A DNA stretch of 64,000 nt from Paramecium tetraurelia (GCA_000165425.1 CT868051.1:124001-188000); one strand, 5' to 3'. Shown: positions 39,901 through 59,942, counted from the first letter of the stretch. The notes: a model not told the origin generated them from the sequence alone. Translations and numbers: made by a program.

Positions 39901-42900
39901 AAATACATTTATTTAAATAATAGAGACAGCCTGATGCATTATTTGCACAATCTGTAGCACTGGCATCATTATCAGTGCATATCTAGGCCTTACATTTTTT
40001 ATCAGTATCCTTTATGCATGGATATTTAGTAATTGATTTAACTCCTTTACATTGTGTTTCTTCTGAACCAGATTCAGGTCCTTTTGCTGGTGTAGTTGTT
40101 CCATCATATGTATCACATGCACCTAATTTAGCACAATTGTTTCCACCAATATATGTACAAGCATCTCCACTTGCATCAGTTAATTTTGCACAAATGGTGG
40201 CTTAATTTGCTGAGACACTATAAAGGTGACAATCTTGTTCAACAGCACATGTTGTTCCTGAAATGTAAGTACATGATGTTGCTGCAGTCACTTAATCACA
40301 ATAAACCTTTTCATTTCCAACTTAAGCTGTGATTGCTGTACAGGCTGGTGTTTTATTATAGCATGTTCCTAAAAGATAAACACATGTTTTTCCTGGTGCT
40401 CCTAAATCGCAATCTACCTATGATGTTGCACCTGTAATATCTTAGCAATCAAAGTCTCGACATCTAGTATCAGCAGCTGTGAATGCACATCTTTTTCCTC
40501 TTCCATCAACTTTGCTTAAACAATAAGTTGGCCTATGAGCATCAGGAGCTGGCAATGTTGTATAAAAAGTACATGCTTCTGCATGTACACATTGAGTTTG
40601 TAGAGTTGCACTATATTGATCATATGTGCAGTAGATAGATTTATCAGATCTGTAAAATGATTAGCAATATACTAATTTTTAAGCTGAAGTCAATGCGCTA
40701 TCTATAGGTACTTTGGCATTATCAGCACAATCACCAGGGGCTGTAACTCCTACTCCTGGATCATAACATTTATAATTAAAGTAAATACAACCAGACAAGT
40801 AATTATCACAATCTCCTTAACTAGTTGGTGATGGAATATATGGACATGTTGCATCACTGCAGACTGTTGTCATATTTGAAGGGAAATAATGGCAAAATTT
40901 TTCTCTATCCTTAAATGATTAGGCTAAACAATATGCAGACTTAAATGCAGCGGTTGTTGGATCACTTTATGTATCCCAAGTTCCAGTTGTTGGAATTGTT
41001 ATCTCAGAGCAATTTCCATTATCTGCAAGTTCGCAGCCGCTTTTATCAGATTTAATTCTACAATAAACAGTTTATTCTTTGATACTTCTACAAAAAAGAG
41101 ACTTTTAGGTATCTGTTATAACTCCACTTGGGAAAATTATAGGACAACTATTAGCTGGAACATTAGCATAGCATTTACCGCTAAAATAAGTACATCCTGG
41201 TTTATAACCATCACAATCTGCTTAACTTGTGGCTGAATAAATATCTGAACAAGCTGCAATGGAATCACATGCAAGACCTGCCTTATACACACATTTAGTA
41301 TAAACTCCGGTTCCTGTAGTTATTTTATTCAAAGCATCAATAGCCTTCAATCCCCAACATAATTCTTATCTTTTTGTAGTAGTCAAAGTAAAATCAAGTT
41401 TATAGTCTGTACAGACTGTTGATAAAGTTAAACATGTTGAATCTGTAACTTTTTAACATTTTCCATCCGAATTGAATATAGATTGATCATTACATGTTCT
41501 TGTATCTGTTTATGTGATTAATTTTTCGCAAGTATCTTATAAACTACATTTAATTTCACCTGTTTTAAATGTACATGTAAGGCCTTTATCATTTACATAT
41601 TTCTTGCATTAAGTTAGTTTAAGTGCATCAGTTGTATCTGTAGAAGCATAACTGTAATCGCAATTTGCCTTATCAGGTAAATAACAAATGGTTCCTGCTA
41701 ATTTACATGTTGCATCTGTTGAAATAGAAACATTCTTTTATAAATAAGTAACGCATGTTAATGAAGTAGTAAATGTGCTCAAGAACTAGTCACAAGTTCT
41801 AGATGCACACTTTGTTCCTGAGGACCAACCACAAAGTAACCCAGCATTATCTTTGATGCTTGTACAATAATCAAACTTTTGTTAATCAGTTGTGGCTGTA
41901 TCAGGGGTATTGTAATTACTACAAATACTTGCATCAATGCAGGCAGCTCCAGCCTTTAAAAATCTACAAGTTGATTTATAATCTGTGCAAATTAAATCTG
42001 AATCAGGATTTTGGATATCCGCACATTATCTATCTTAGCAGATATCATATTATGTGCACCCAACCTTTGTCCATTCTGAAGAAACTAATAAACCACCACT
42101 CAAATTAGGACAAGTATCAACATTTCCTTATTATTAAGAGCAAGATCTTGCAGATTTAGCAATACAACCTCCTTCAGATTTTACTATACATCCGGACATA
42201 AAAGCCTCACAATTCTCATCTTTTGTGGCTGTTGTATTATCTGTACATTCCCTAGTCTTGCAAGTACCTAATATAGATGTTCCAAAACAGTATTTTTTAC
42301 TTTTATTTCTTACAATTGCAGATTCACAGAATGCATCAACACCTGTGTAACTTTGACATATTGTATCTTCAGCTTATGGATCAACACAACCTCCATTGCC
42401 ATTATAGACACACCCATCTAAAAATGATCCACATGAACCATCAGTCTAGTTTTCAGCCAATTTGCAAGTCTTCACTTAACAATAATCAGTAGCAGCTGCA
42501 CTTGCATCATTATAGCATTAATTTGTTGTAAAGTTATCAGCAGATCCGCTTTTATAAGCAAATAGATTATTGCAAGTGTCCTAAGTACCTTGCATTGATG
42601 TGCATGGAGTATTGTAATCAACACAACCTTTTCCATTAATAATACATCCGGGTAAAAAAGTAACGCATGTAGCATTATCTGTTGCATCGGTGTTGTCTGT
42701 ACATTTTCTGGACACACAAGGGAGTTGTATCTGTAGCTGTTGATTCATTGGTACAATATCCTGGATAACTTAAACATGTAGATTATGTTCCAACAAGTTT
42801 GGCACAGTCATATTTGGTTATGCAAGCATCAACTCTATTACTAATACATGTTGATAGTTCTGCTGCACAATTTGCATCAGTGTTGTAAAAAGCTCCGGTT

Positions 42901-44573
42901 AAATCTGAACAAGCCAATTCTTTGCAAGCATTATTCAACCAACCACATTTTGTTGCTACATATATATACGTTGGATTTCCATTTTCATCATTTTTATCGA
43001 ATTTTTTAATTCTAGCTGAATTTGCTAAACAAATTGATTTTTTCTAAAAATCACTGCATTATGTATTACTAGTACATATTGGTTACCATGAACAATTATT
43101 TGTACCTTCACAACTTTATTATTTAACAGTTAAATCACATGTAGTTTATGAAACACATCCAGATCCAGTTGTGACACAATTAGTGAAATAATTAGCACAA
43201 AGTGGGTTAGTATTTACATTACTTGCTGCAGAAGCACAATCTCTAGCGACACATGTGGTTCCACTCTTCCATGTACATTTTCCTTCAGTTCCTACTCTAA
43301 ATTAGCAACTAGTTGCATCTCCATCATATGCAGTACAAGATTTCAAATTAGCCTTTGTAACACAACCTTTTCCTGTAGTAACACATCCAACTTACTATTT
43401 GCCACAATCTTCATCTGTTGTAGTTGTATCTGGAGCTTCGTCACAAACCTTTGGTTAGCATGATGCTTCATTAGTTTCACTTGTTCCTTTACAATATCCA
43501 TCTGTGCCAATATATACTGCACAAGTGATAGCAGTTCCTTTATATGTATCACAAGCTTATAATGCTGAAACGCATGTTTTTCCGTTTGTAATACAATTAC
43601 TTTGGTTTTATTTACAAAGTTCATCAGTATTATATTCCCAAGTTTCGCATTTTCTGAGTCTGCATTTGGTACCTCCTGTGTCACCTTCACAAACTCCATC
43701 TGATCCAATATATCCAACACAAGTGGTGTTATCACCAGAATAGGTTGAACATAATGGTTTTGCTGTTGCAAAAATACAACCCTTTCCTGTTGTGATACAT
43801 CCTTTTTAATAGATCTAACAGTCATTATCAGTAGTTAATGATTTGGGAGCATTTATACATTCTTTAGCTTTGCATTTAGTTGTACCGGTTGCCAATTCAC
43901 AATATCCATCTGATCCAATCAATGATGAACAAGCAGTATCATTTCCTGTGTAAGTAGAACATGCAGGTCTTGGAGCATTAACGCAACCTTAACCATTTGT
44001 CACGCAACCAGCCAACCAGCTTGAACATTTTTCATCTGTATTAAAGACAGCATTTGCTTCTGCACACGTATAATCTCTGCAATTTCCAGCAGTTCTATCC
44101 CATTTACATTTCAAATTACCTGAGATACTTGGAATAGATTCACATTATTATTATGTGTAAGCCTTACACTCCTTAGCTTCAATACATGCATTTCCATCAC
44201 TAACACAAATATTGGATATAGCTTAGCAATCTGTTGTTTTAGTTTTAACATATGCTGGACATCCTGTAAAGTGCGTGCATTTTGATTCAACATAAGCACA
44301 TCCTAAGGTTTTAGCACAGTTTATTTCTGGCTTATCTACAAGCTCACAATATGGTGTGTATTTTTAAATTACCACTTTATTTACAAGTTAGCATTTTGCT
44401 GCTGTATTTCCCTAAGTAATTATCCACTCGCAAGTTCCATTTACACTTTATTGTTATTCGCAATCTCTTTGTGATTTTAGCTAACTGCAATCACTGCATA
44501 TATTCTCATATTTCACTTAATAAGTAAACCCCAAGAAAATTATGAACGTAAAAGATAAAATTTTCATCTACAT
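36982..44573 (-). CDS. Surface antigen gene 2, tandem paralogue of gene 1, ~2529 aa after correcting 2 single-base insertions
   Basis: MQMKILSFTFIIFLGFTYQ leader; colinear with gene 1 at an offset of ~10.06 kb; hydrophobic end NYMFLLQLCLWVLLMFF-TGA-TGA; start at 44573 or 44567. Confidence 0.92.
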
Positions 44574-45354
44574 AATTATAATAAACAATAGATTATCTTG
44601 TTTGTTCAAATAGAATATAATATCTTTATATCCCTATATATTTAATATAAATTAATTTGAGATTTCAAATTATATATTGTTATGGTGTTAATATATATTT
44701 GAGATGTGGTAAAAATACTTAGAGAACAAGCAAAGATTATTGCAATTTATGCTCATTTATTATCAAATTAAGACTTAATAATACCATATAGCACTAATTG
44801 TTAATTAGGTCATTTATGAAAGCCTGCTAAAATGTTAATAAATTGAGTCATAAATTATTGCTAAATTAATGGGTATTGTAATAATTTAAATAATATTAAT
44901 CATTCGACTGTTTACCGTTAAAATGGATTGTAAAATAAGAGTTCATATCTAGAAAATAAGCTTTTGAAATTATTTTAATAATCAAATTCTAATAAGAATT
45001 TCTCTCTTTATTTCATTGATTGACAAGATTGATTTTTTGTCCATCATTTTTATTGAAACATTAAAAGCATTTTCTTTAAAGTTTGTGATAAACAATTTCT
45101 TAATGTGCTTTTGAAATTTTAGTTAATTAAAATAGATTTATCATTCATATATTGCATTTGCAAATAAATTAAACTCATAAATAAAAATCTTAAATAAATC
45201 ATATATTGTCAATGTATCTTGGGTTTTCGAAATCTCTTATAAAAAATAATCAAATGAATAAAATCCAAATTATCCCTCCAAACTAGTTTAGATAACTAAA
45301 TTAATGTAAATTAAATAATTGTGTAAATTTTAAAAACTAATAATAATATATTTA

Positions 45355-46413
45355 ATGGATTAAGGTTAAGATCAATAAGTTGTGGATAAGGATGAAGAGA
45401 TCAAGCAACTAAAATTGGAGCTATAGGAATGCAGAGAAAGGGAAAAGCGATTTAAAGATATCTCTCAACATCTGACTCAATTAGAGACAAGGTAATTGTA
45501 TTTATATGATGAAAGATATAATAATTTGAAGGATTAAAAATAAATAAGTGAGTAATAGTTGAAAACATAGATTGAGTAATATCAGAAAATGGTGAAGATC
45601 TAACAGAAGGAGATAGAAAATTTGAAATAATAAGTTTAAGAATTGGAGGATGAACTTGTAGAGAATGAGGAATAATAGAAGTAGCCAAACAAAATAATCG
45701 CAGATGAAAACATTGCGATTCAAAAATTAAATAGTGAGAAAACATAATTAGATGAAGAAGTGAAGGGATTAAAAGAGAAAATCAAATAGTATCACATTTG
45801 TATAAGTTTAGAATAAAACAGGAGTATGATAGTATATCCAAAGACTTCTTGTCCTTAAGTAAGCAAACGGATGTAACCAAAAGCTAATTTGCTTAAGTAA
45901 TGATTTTTTGAAATAAATAAGATTAAGGAGGAATTGGTTTAGAAAACTCAAGAATTGAGACACACAAGAAGACAATATCAAGAGGCTTTGAATTACATTA
46001 GCCAATAGCAACCAAATTCAAATGCTTCATTCCAAAATAATTCAGCAGTGAATGAATTATCATAGGCTAATCAATAACTGCAGACTCAAAATCAATAACT
46101 AAATAGAACGATATCAAAGTTGAAATAAGATTTAGACCATGTTAAGAAGGCTCATCAAGAGGTTTTGATTGAGGCTGATATGTTGAGTAGAAATTTAGAA
46201 TAATCATAATTATCGAGTGAATAGAGTAAAAATCAGAAAGAAGATGTAAGGAATTGAATTATATGAATATAGATTTCTTAGGAGTTGGAAAGAGTGATTA
46301 GAATTGAGGAGTAGCAATTTTCATAACGAATAATGTTGTTGAGATCTCTGAAAGATGAACTATAGGATACGAAATCAAGAAGTTTGTTGAATTTGAGAAG
46401 ATATAATTATTGA
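45355..46413 (+). CDS. Coiled-coil protein
   Basis: MDQGQDQQVVDKDEEIKQLKLELQECRER...; heptad-rich; ~3 tiny introns. Confidence 0.8.
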
Positions 46414-46434
46414 TAATAATTTTTATTAATAACA

Positions 46435-47362
46435 ATGGAAAAATCACCACAAAAATTTTATGAAATCATTATCAATGCTAATTCCACAGTTGATTAGATA
46501 TACACAGCAATTTTTGAATTGAGAACCATTAACAATTAGGAAGCTGTGGAACTCTTGAAATAGGGTTTCCATCATCTGAACAAAGTAGAGAATAAGTCTT
46601 GCTTACTATTACATGAGATAGCCTATGCATTAGGGTAAGCAGACTTAGGTTTGGAACCATTAATCACTTAATTTCTCATTTAAATAATTAGCGATGATCA
46701 ACAATTCGATGTAGTAAGACATGAGGGTGCTGAGGCTTTGGCAAACATAAATTAAAAGGAGGCTTTGGAGATATTTGAGAAATATTCAAAGAAGAATGTT
46801 AATGATGATCTCAACATTTTACAAGATACTTGTACAATAGGTTTGGAGAAAGCCAAGTCAATTAATGAGTTAGGGCATTTATATGGAAAAAGGTATCTTG
46901 GAACAAGAGAACCTGCTGCTCCATTTGAGCATTTGGATAAGAATCCAGTGGAATACATTTTGGATGATTAGACAACTTTGTTTAATAAATATAGAGCACT
47001 TTATTATTTGAGAAATAATGCTGAAACTTATTTTGATAAAATTGATCAATTGTTAACTAGCAACAAACTTGGAGCATTGTTTAAACATGAGGTAGATATA
47101 GAATTGAATAATAATATAGATTTGCTTTGTGATTGGTCAAGTAGGAGAAGCACCAAAATAAATACATGAGGCTTTGATTAATATGATCAAGGATGAGAAT
47201 TAGCCAGCGATTGCTCGTCATGAGGCTATTGCTGCTTTCTAAACTGTGAGTTCGAATAAAGAAATTACACTGGAGATTTTGAATGCATATGCTAAGAGTC
47301 CTGATCAGATAGTGAGGGAAACTGCTATAGTATCATTGAAGATGATGGAATTCTATGGTTGA
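46435..47362 (+). CDS. DOHH: Deoxyhypusine hydroxylase
   Basis: Four His-Glu iron-binding motifs in HEAT-like repeats: LLHEIAYALGQ, VRHEGAEALA, FKHEICFVIGQ (across intron 47092-47119), ARHEAIAA; also EPAAP and LFNKYRALYYLRN. Confidence 0.92.
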
Positions 47363-47440
47363 TTAATTGTATTGTAGAAATTATATATTAAATGTTGAAT
47401 CGAGAGCAGGAATTATCAATATGACAATTAATATTTTATA

Positions 47441-48016
47441 ATGTAATCGTAACCTAAGTCAGGATCTATTTATCATTGTTTATCCCCTTAGAATATTAAA
47501 CGAGCGGTAAATAAGATTCAATGTCGAGAGCAATAAAGCAATCCTTGTGTGAGATTGAATAACTAGGACAATCGACTCAAATAATTCCAAACTCTTCTAA
47601 ATTCATACATGCAGAGTAAATCGCCCTCTATCACTAAAACTATATAAAGTCGGAAAAGTCTGAATGAACCCAGCATAAACAACATAGCCAGAAACTCAGT
47701 GACTCCACAGAAAAGTGAGATATCAATAACACGCAAATAAAATACTGAGCATAAGGAATTCTTACTCTGCTAATCCATCTCAAGTCAAGCTTCTGATTTC
47801 GGTCCTTAAAATCAATTTAAAGTGTAGTTGTAATAAATACAGCAAAAAGTGCATGAACGCTTTAAGCGATATGAGGAGGAGAAGAGGTAATTTCATGAAG
47901 ATAAGAAACTCTTTTTGGAAGAGAAAAAACAATTAATCTCAAGAATACAACAGTTGGAATTGTAGGTTCAAGAATTGACCAAAAAAAAAGAAGCTCTAGA
48001 TCAATCATTTGGTTGA
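47441..48016 (+). CDS. Hypothetical protein, 191 aa, C-terminal coiled coil
   Basis: Uninterrupted code-6 ORF MQSQPKSGSIY...EALDQSFG-TGA. Confidence 0.75.
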
Positions 48017-48062
48017 TATGCTACTAACAATTTTGTTTATATAAATATATAATTTAACAGTT

Positions 48063-49313
48063 ATGAATACACAAATTAAAGCAACCAGATAACCATTATC
48101 TCAAATTGATTTTAATTAAGATCTAGATAATTGTGGCACAACACCTAAACATAAATAATTCAAAACTGCTATTACACTAAATAGTGATTATAAGAATAAT
48201 CAAAATTATAATGTCCAATTCAAGGTCAAATAGTAGAATCAAGCAATAGATTAACCTAGCATTAACAATGCAAGCAGACTTAATGAAAATAATACAATTT
48301 TCATGAGTCCTGCTCCACTTCGCAGAAATACTCAATTTCAAATATAATAATAATAATAGCAATAGATTACTTCACCTTTATAGAAGAACTATAGTTAGAA
48401 GCATTTTTAACCCAATTCTCCAATTACTAAACCCAGCATGCAATTTAGAGGAGTATCTCAATAACCCTTTAATTAAAATGTCTCTCATACAACAACCCAA
48501 AAATTAGAGTCAGATGTTCAAATTCTCAAGAATCAGAATCATGCACTTTAATAATAAATATTTTAATTAGAGTCTAATATTTAGAGAGGAAACAGCACTC
48601 AATTCATTAAAGAATTAGAAAACAAAATTTTAATGCTTTCAAAATTAAACGAAAAATTAAATTAAGATAATTAACAACTAATAAAAATTAGTAATGTAGA
48701 ATAACTCAGAAAAGAAAAGGATCTCCAATCCAAACAATTAGAGGAATTGGAGAGTCAATATGAAAACTTGTTAAAATAGTTTGAGTAATTCGATTGTTAG
48801 AAATTGAATGAAATGGAGTAAATGAATCAAGAAAATAAGATAGAGCAATTGGTTATGGATCTGGAAGATAAAATCACTGGATTGATAATTGAGAATGAGA
48901 AATTGAATTAATAGATTTAAGAAGGGATGAAAATTGATTAAAATATTGAATAACTCTAGTTAGAAGTGCAATCACATTAGATCGCATATTAAAAATTGAA
49001 ACATGAAGAAGTCTAATATAGATATAAATACGATACAGCAAATTATGATGAGAAAGTGAGCAAGAGACATCAGCAGCAAAATGATAGTAGTAGAGATAAA
49101 GTATTCGAAAATGTATGAGAATCAGTATTAATTAATAGATTAAACTCTTGGAAGAGGAGAACTCTAAGTTGAGAGGGCTATTAAAGGATGAGGATTATGA
49201 GGAGGAGATCAAGGATCTGGAAGATAGGGTATGTCATTATTATTAAATGGTGTTAGATTCGAGTGATAGCCCAAGATAATAAAAAGCTAGAAATGTAATT
49301 GTTGTAGAAGTGA
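48063..49313 (+). CDS. Gln-rich coiled-coil protein
   Basis: Code-6 frame with tiny introns; ends AQDNKKLEMQLLQK-TGA. Confidence 0.72.
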
Positions 49314-49385
49314 TATATATATTGAATTGGCTTATTTCAAAAATTAATTCAGAGACTCTTGATTTTATATGAATTATTTAATAAA

Positions 49386-50996
49386 ATGAAGAGTTGTGAT
49401 TTATGCAAAATTGGAGCACGTAGAAAGATGAGAGACTACTTGGAGGAGAAGTACTTTGAAGCTTTTAATTTCTACTTTGCAAAGCCTATCAACGAAATCA
49501 TAGCTTAGATTCCTCACGCCTCGCATGTAATATATTTTAAGGATTATGTAATCTTAGATGAGCGGATGGAATATTTGAAAAGGTATGTGGTGTTGGTAAT
49601 GTTATATTACAAGATTCTACAGCAATGAAGAGGTTGGGCCACGTATGGACATTCTTATAGACTTCTACACTCAGAATTACAAGCATATGCATCCGAACTT
49701 GTGTGTGACTGATGCTCATAAGATCATGAATAAGCGCAACAATAGATATGATAAATTGTTTTATCAGAAGGATCGCGAATAGAGTCATTAACAAGGGATG
49801 AGTAGACAAGTATTGAATTCGAAATCGACGGACAACATCAGTTTCGAAACTCAGGAACATGACATCTACGAGGAAGCCACTTAAGAAATCAGCAAGTAAG
49901 GTTTCGATTTAAGGGGATTGCAGATCATCAGAAATCTCTAACAATTAAATCAATCAGAACAATCTGACATTACTTTGAAGGATTGCATTGTGCAAGTGAA
50001 TCAGATGTATGGGAAACGCAAGAAACAATCCACTTATTCTAAGAGCATCAAACAGCGCAAGCAAGCAGAAAGTTGTAAGAAAGGTATAACTAAGTCGATT
50101 ATAGGGACGAATTCGAAAAGCGAATCGAAGATTTCATCGAATATCAAGCAGAATAACGAGGAACCATTGGAATTGGGCAAGGGAATCGATTAATTTAATG
50201 ATTTTGATGCTAAGCCAAAACTCACTAGAATGCAGAGTGATTCATAAACCATCTAGAGAATGTTGAAGGAATATCAGAAGATGAAGCAATTGAGAAGTGC
50301 AGTCTCTTCCGATTAGTTACCGATGAGTACTTCGGTCCAAGGATTTTAAGGTTAATAAAAAAGTTTAAGATAAGATCATAATAATAATAATGGGAGTATG
50401 CATAGTAGTACCTCAACTAAACAAGAAGCACTCAAAAAAGTATATTAACCTTTGCCCAAGAAAATTACAACTAATTAAATTGATAAAATTGCCAAGGGTG
50501 GTTGCTTGACCGATAGGACTTACAAACGACCTCCTCCGATTTCAGAGGATCTGATGCTGAAGATTCATGATTAAATCAAGGGGTTGAACACTGTGGAAAG
50601 TAAATAGAAAGTTGAATTTAAATATATGATTCCATCATAGTATAATTCATAATAAAATCAAAAATTAGTGAGTACCAAAGCTAAATCATCCAATTCCAAA
50701 AAAATAATCAGTGAGTTGGGCACTAAATCATAACACATCAATAAATAAACCACATAGAAAGCTGATGAAATCGTTAAGAAATACATCTAATTTGCTTAAT
50801 AAACAATGAAGAAGAAATTTGATTTTAAGTTGAATCTCTAAGGATTGAATGAGGAACCTCAAGAGGAAGAAATTTGTAATATATTTATCATATAATCCAT
50901 TAAGCTAGCAAACGAAACAATTTCTTTACTGAAAGACACAGTCAAGTCTAGGATAGAGAACAATTCAATTCTCATCGAAAAATCTTATAAAAATGA
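49386..50996 (+). CDS. Hypothetical protein with a globular N-terminal domain and low-complexity C-terminus
   Basis: FNFYFAKPINEII...IYFKDYVILDERMEYLKRFY...DFYTQNY...HPNL; tiny introns; ends HRKILQK-TGA. Confidence 0.78.
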
Positions 50997-51127
50997 GAAT
51001 TAATTATTATTAATATATTATTATTATAAATTGAGTCATTTTTATGTCAGAATTCGATCTATTTACGCATTCGAATTAAGTTTATAATCTTAATAATATT
51101 CATTAAACAACACAATTAAATTTAACA

Positions 51128-51643
51128 ATGAACCCTATCCCTCAAAAAGAGATCGTAAACATACCCAAATTCACAGTGGTTGGTCTAAGAAGGAGAATGT
51201 ACTTGGCAAAAGAGACTGATCAAGAGAACAACACTTTTAGCCTAACTTTTAAGGAGTTTTTTTCAAACAAACTGAATGAAAAGATCCAAAATAGAGCATA
51301 TCCAGGAAGAATCTATAGTCTCTACTATGATTTCAAAGATTTTTAGGATAGATCCCAATTTAACTTTTATATACTAGTAGGTGAAGTGGTGACAGAAGTT
51401 GGAGTTGTTCCTGATGGCATGGAAGTCTATGAAGTGGAAGACTCCAATTATGCCAAATTTGAAGGAGGACCTGGACCCATACCTGAGATTGTCAAATAAG
51501 CTTGGTGTGCTTTGTATAAGATAAAGCCAGAAGAATGGGGGGGAAAGAGAACCTATAAGACGGAGTTCGAAGTCTATAGAGAAGGACAAGAAGATATCAA
51601 AAACATGAGATTTGAATTGTACATTGGTTTGGTGATTGAATGA
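51128..51643 (+). CDS. GyrI-like / AraC effector-binding small-molecule-binding protein, 171 aa, intronless
   Basis: IVNIPKFTVVGL...EKIQNRAYPGRIYSLYYDF...ILVGEVV...VPDGMEVYEVEDSNYAKFEGGPGPIPEIVKQAW...GGKRTYKTEFEVY...FELYIGL fits the stand-alone bacterial GyrI-like pattern. Confidence 0.85.
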
Positions 51644-51680
51644 ATATAAAAAGATTATTGATTATGATAAATATATTATC

Positions 51681-58648
<6,968 letters not shown>

Positions 58649-58676
58649 ATTATAGAATTAATTATATTTAATTTTT

Positions 58677-59942
58677 ATGAAAAACGTGAACAAATTTGTA
58701 ATATTGTCACTACTTCTAATGATAAACTAAGCATTGGAAGATGTGGATATGAAACAACAAATTGAATAACTTGATCAAAACAGATTTGGTCACACTCTTC
58801 TTGATACAATTTACTTGTAATTGTAAACCTAAGAACCGATTGAAAGATTAATGGGAACTTTACAATAAATTGAGGATAGATACTATCAAGATTAAAAGGA
58901 AGAGGATGTTTCACACAAAGACTATTAAGACTCCTGCAGCGTGGTATTGTCTCTAAACATTTCATATAGGATCTCTAAAATTTAGATCAAAATATCAAAG
59001 TGAGTGACAATGAACGTATCAAATTGGAAGCAAGATTGGAAGGTGAACTCTATCCAAAGAGAGAAATCTTATAGAAATTAATATCTCAAAAGCAAGGAGA
59101 ACTTAAAGAATTCAGCGGAGAGTTGAATGAATTAGATCAATAGAGAGAAGAAGAAAATGATGAACATCAACATAAAATTCACGAACACGAAGATGTTATT
59201 GCCATCTTGATGTAGGCTAGAACATTGTTTTCAGAGAATCTACAGTCACATGACAACTCCTTTATTTAATTGAATAGCAATGGAATTGAATTACTGTAAA
59301 AGCATTTCGGAGCGTCCATCAAAAGAGCAAGTACTCATTATTATCAACCATTTAATAGGTAAATTCACCTATAGAACCTCTTGGGGTAAAATGTTCAAAG
59401 CTTTGGCCACCATAACTTCAAGAGTTAATCAATTGCAAGATTCAGCACAAGTTGACAATGTCATTTTGCTTATCGATTAATTATTAGAACAAGTTCATGA
59501 TTCAATGGATCTTGAGAAGTTCTCAGAGGAAAAAAGAATTCAAGCTTACGAGAAGACCTAGAAACTTGCTTGTCATTTCAATCAATACCACTGAGAGCAC
59601 TTTGGCATCAGCCATAACTGATTTCGCATTGTATCTTATTTATTAAACCTGTATAGAGTGAATGAAGTGATCGAGTAGACTCAAGCCACTCTCGATAATG
59701 TAAATCAGAGATTGGAAATGCTCCAATAATCTAGAAATGATCGATTCACCATATGTGAATAAGAGGCTTAGGATTACTAGGATTCCAGATCACAGAGGTA
59801 ATGATTATGTTTGCTTACTTTTAGGGATTCTGACAGGGATGTTGTATCATAAACCATTGGATTGTTGAATAAATCATTAAGAACTTTGAAGGAGTAATTG
59901 GCATTGAGAATGGCAGCTGGAGAATAATTTGAAGATGTTTGA
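58677..59942 (+). CDS. Trichocyst matrix protein (TMP)-like secretory precursor
   Basis: Signal peptide MKNVNKFVILSLLLMINQA, then EQLDQNRFGHTLLDTIYLQLQTQEPIERLMGTLQQIE, acidic coiled coils with few Cys, SFIQL linker; ~390 aa. Confidence 0.82.

Larger units (their letters stand above)
26882..44573 (-). repeat. Direct tandem duplication limited to the two ~7.6 kb antigen coding regions
   Basis: Identical tracts, e.g. 31493-31917 = 41556-41980 and 28712-28950 = 38781-39019; flanks not recognisably shared. Confidence 0.95.
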
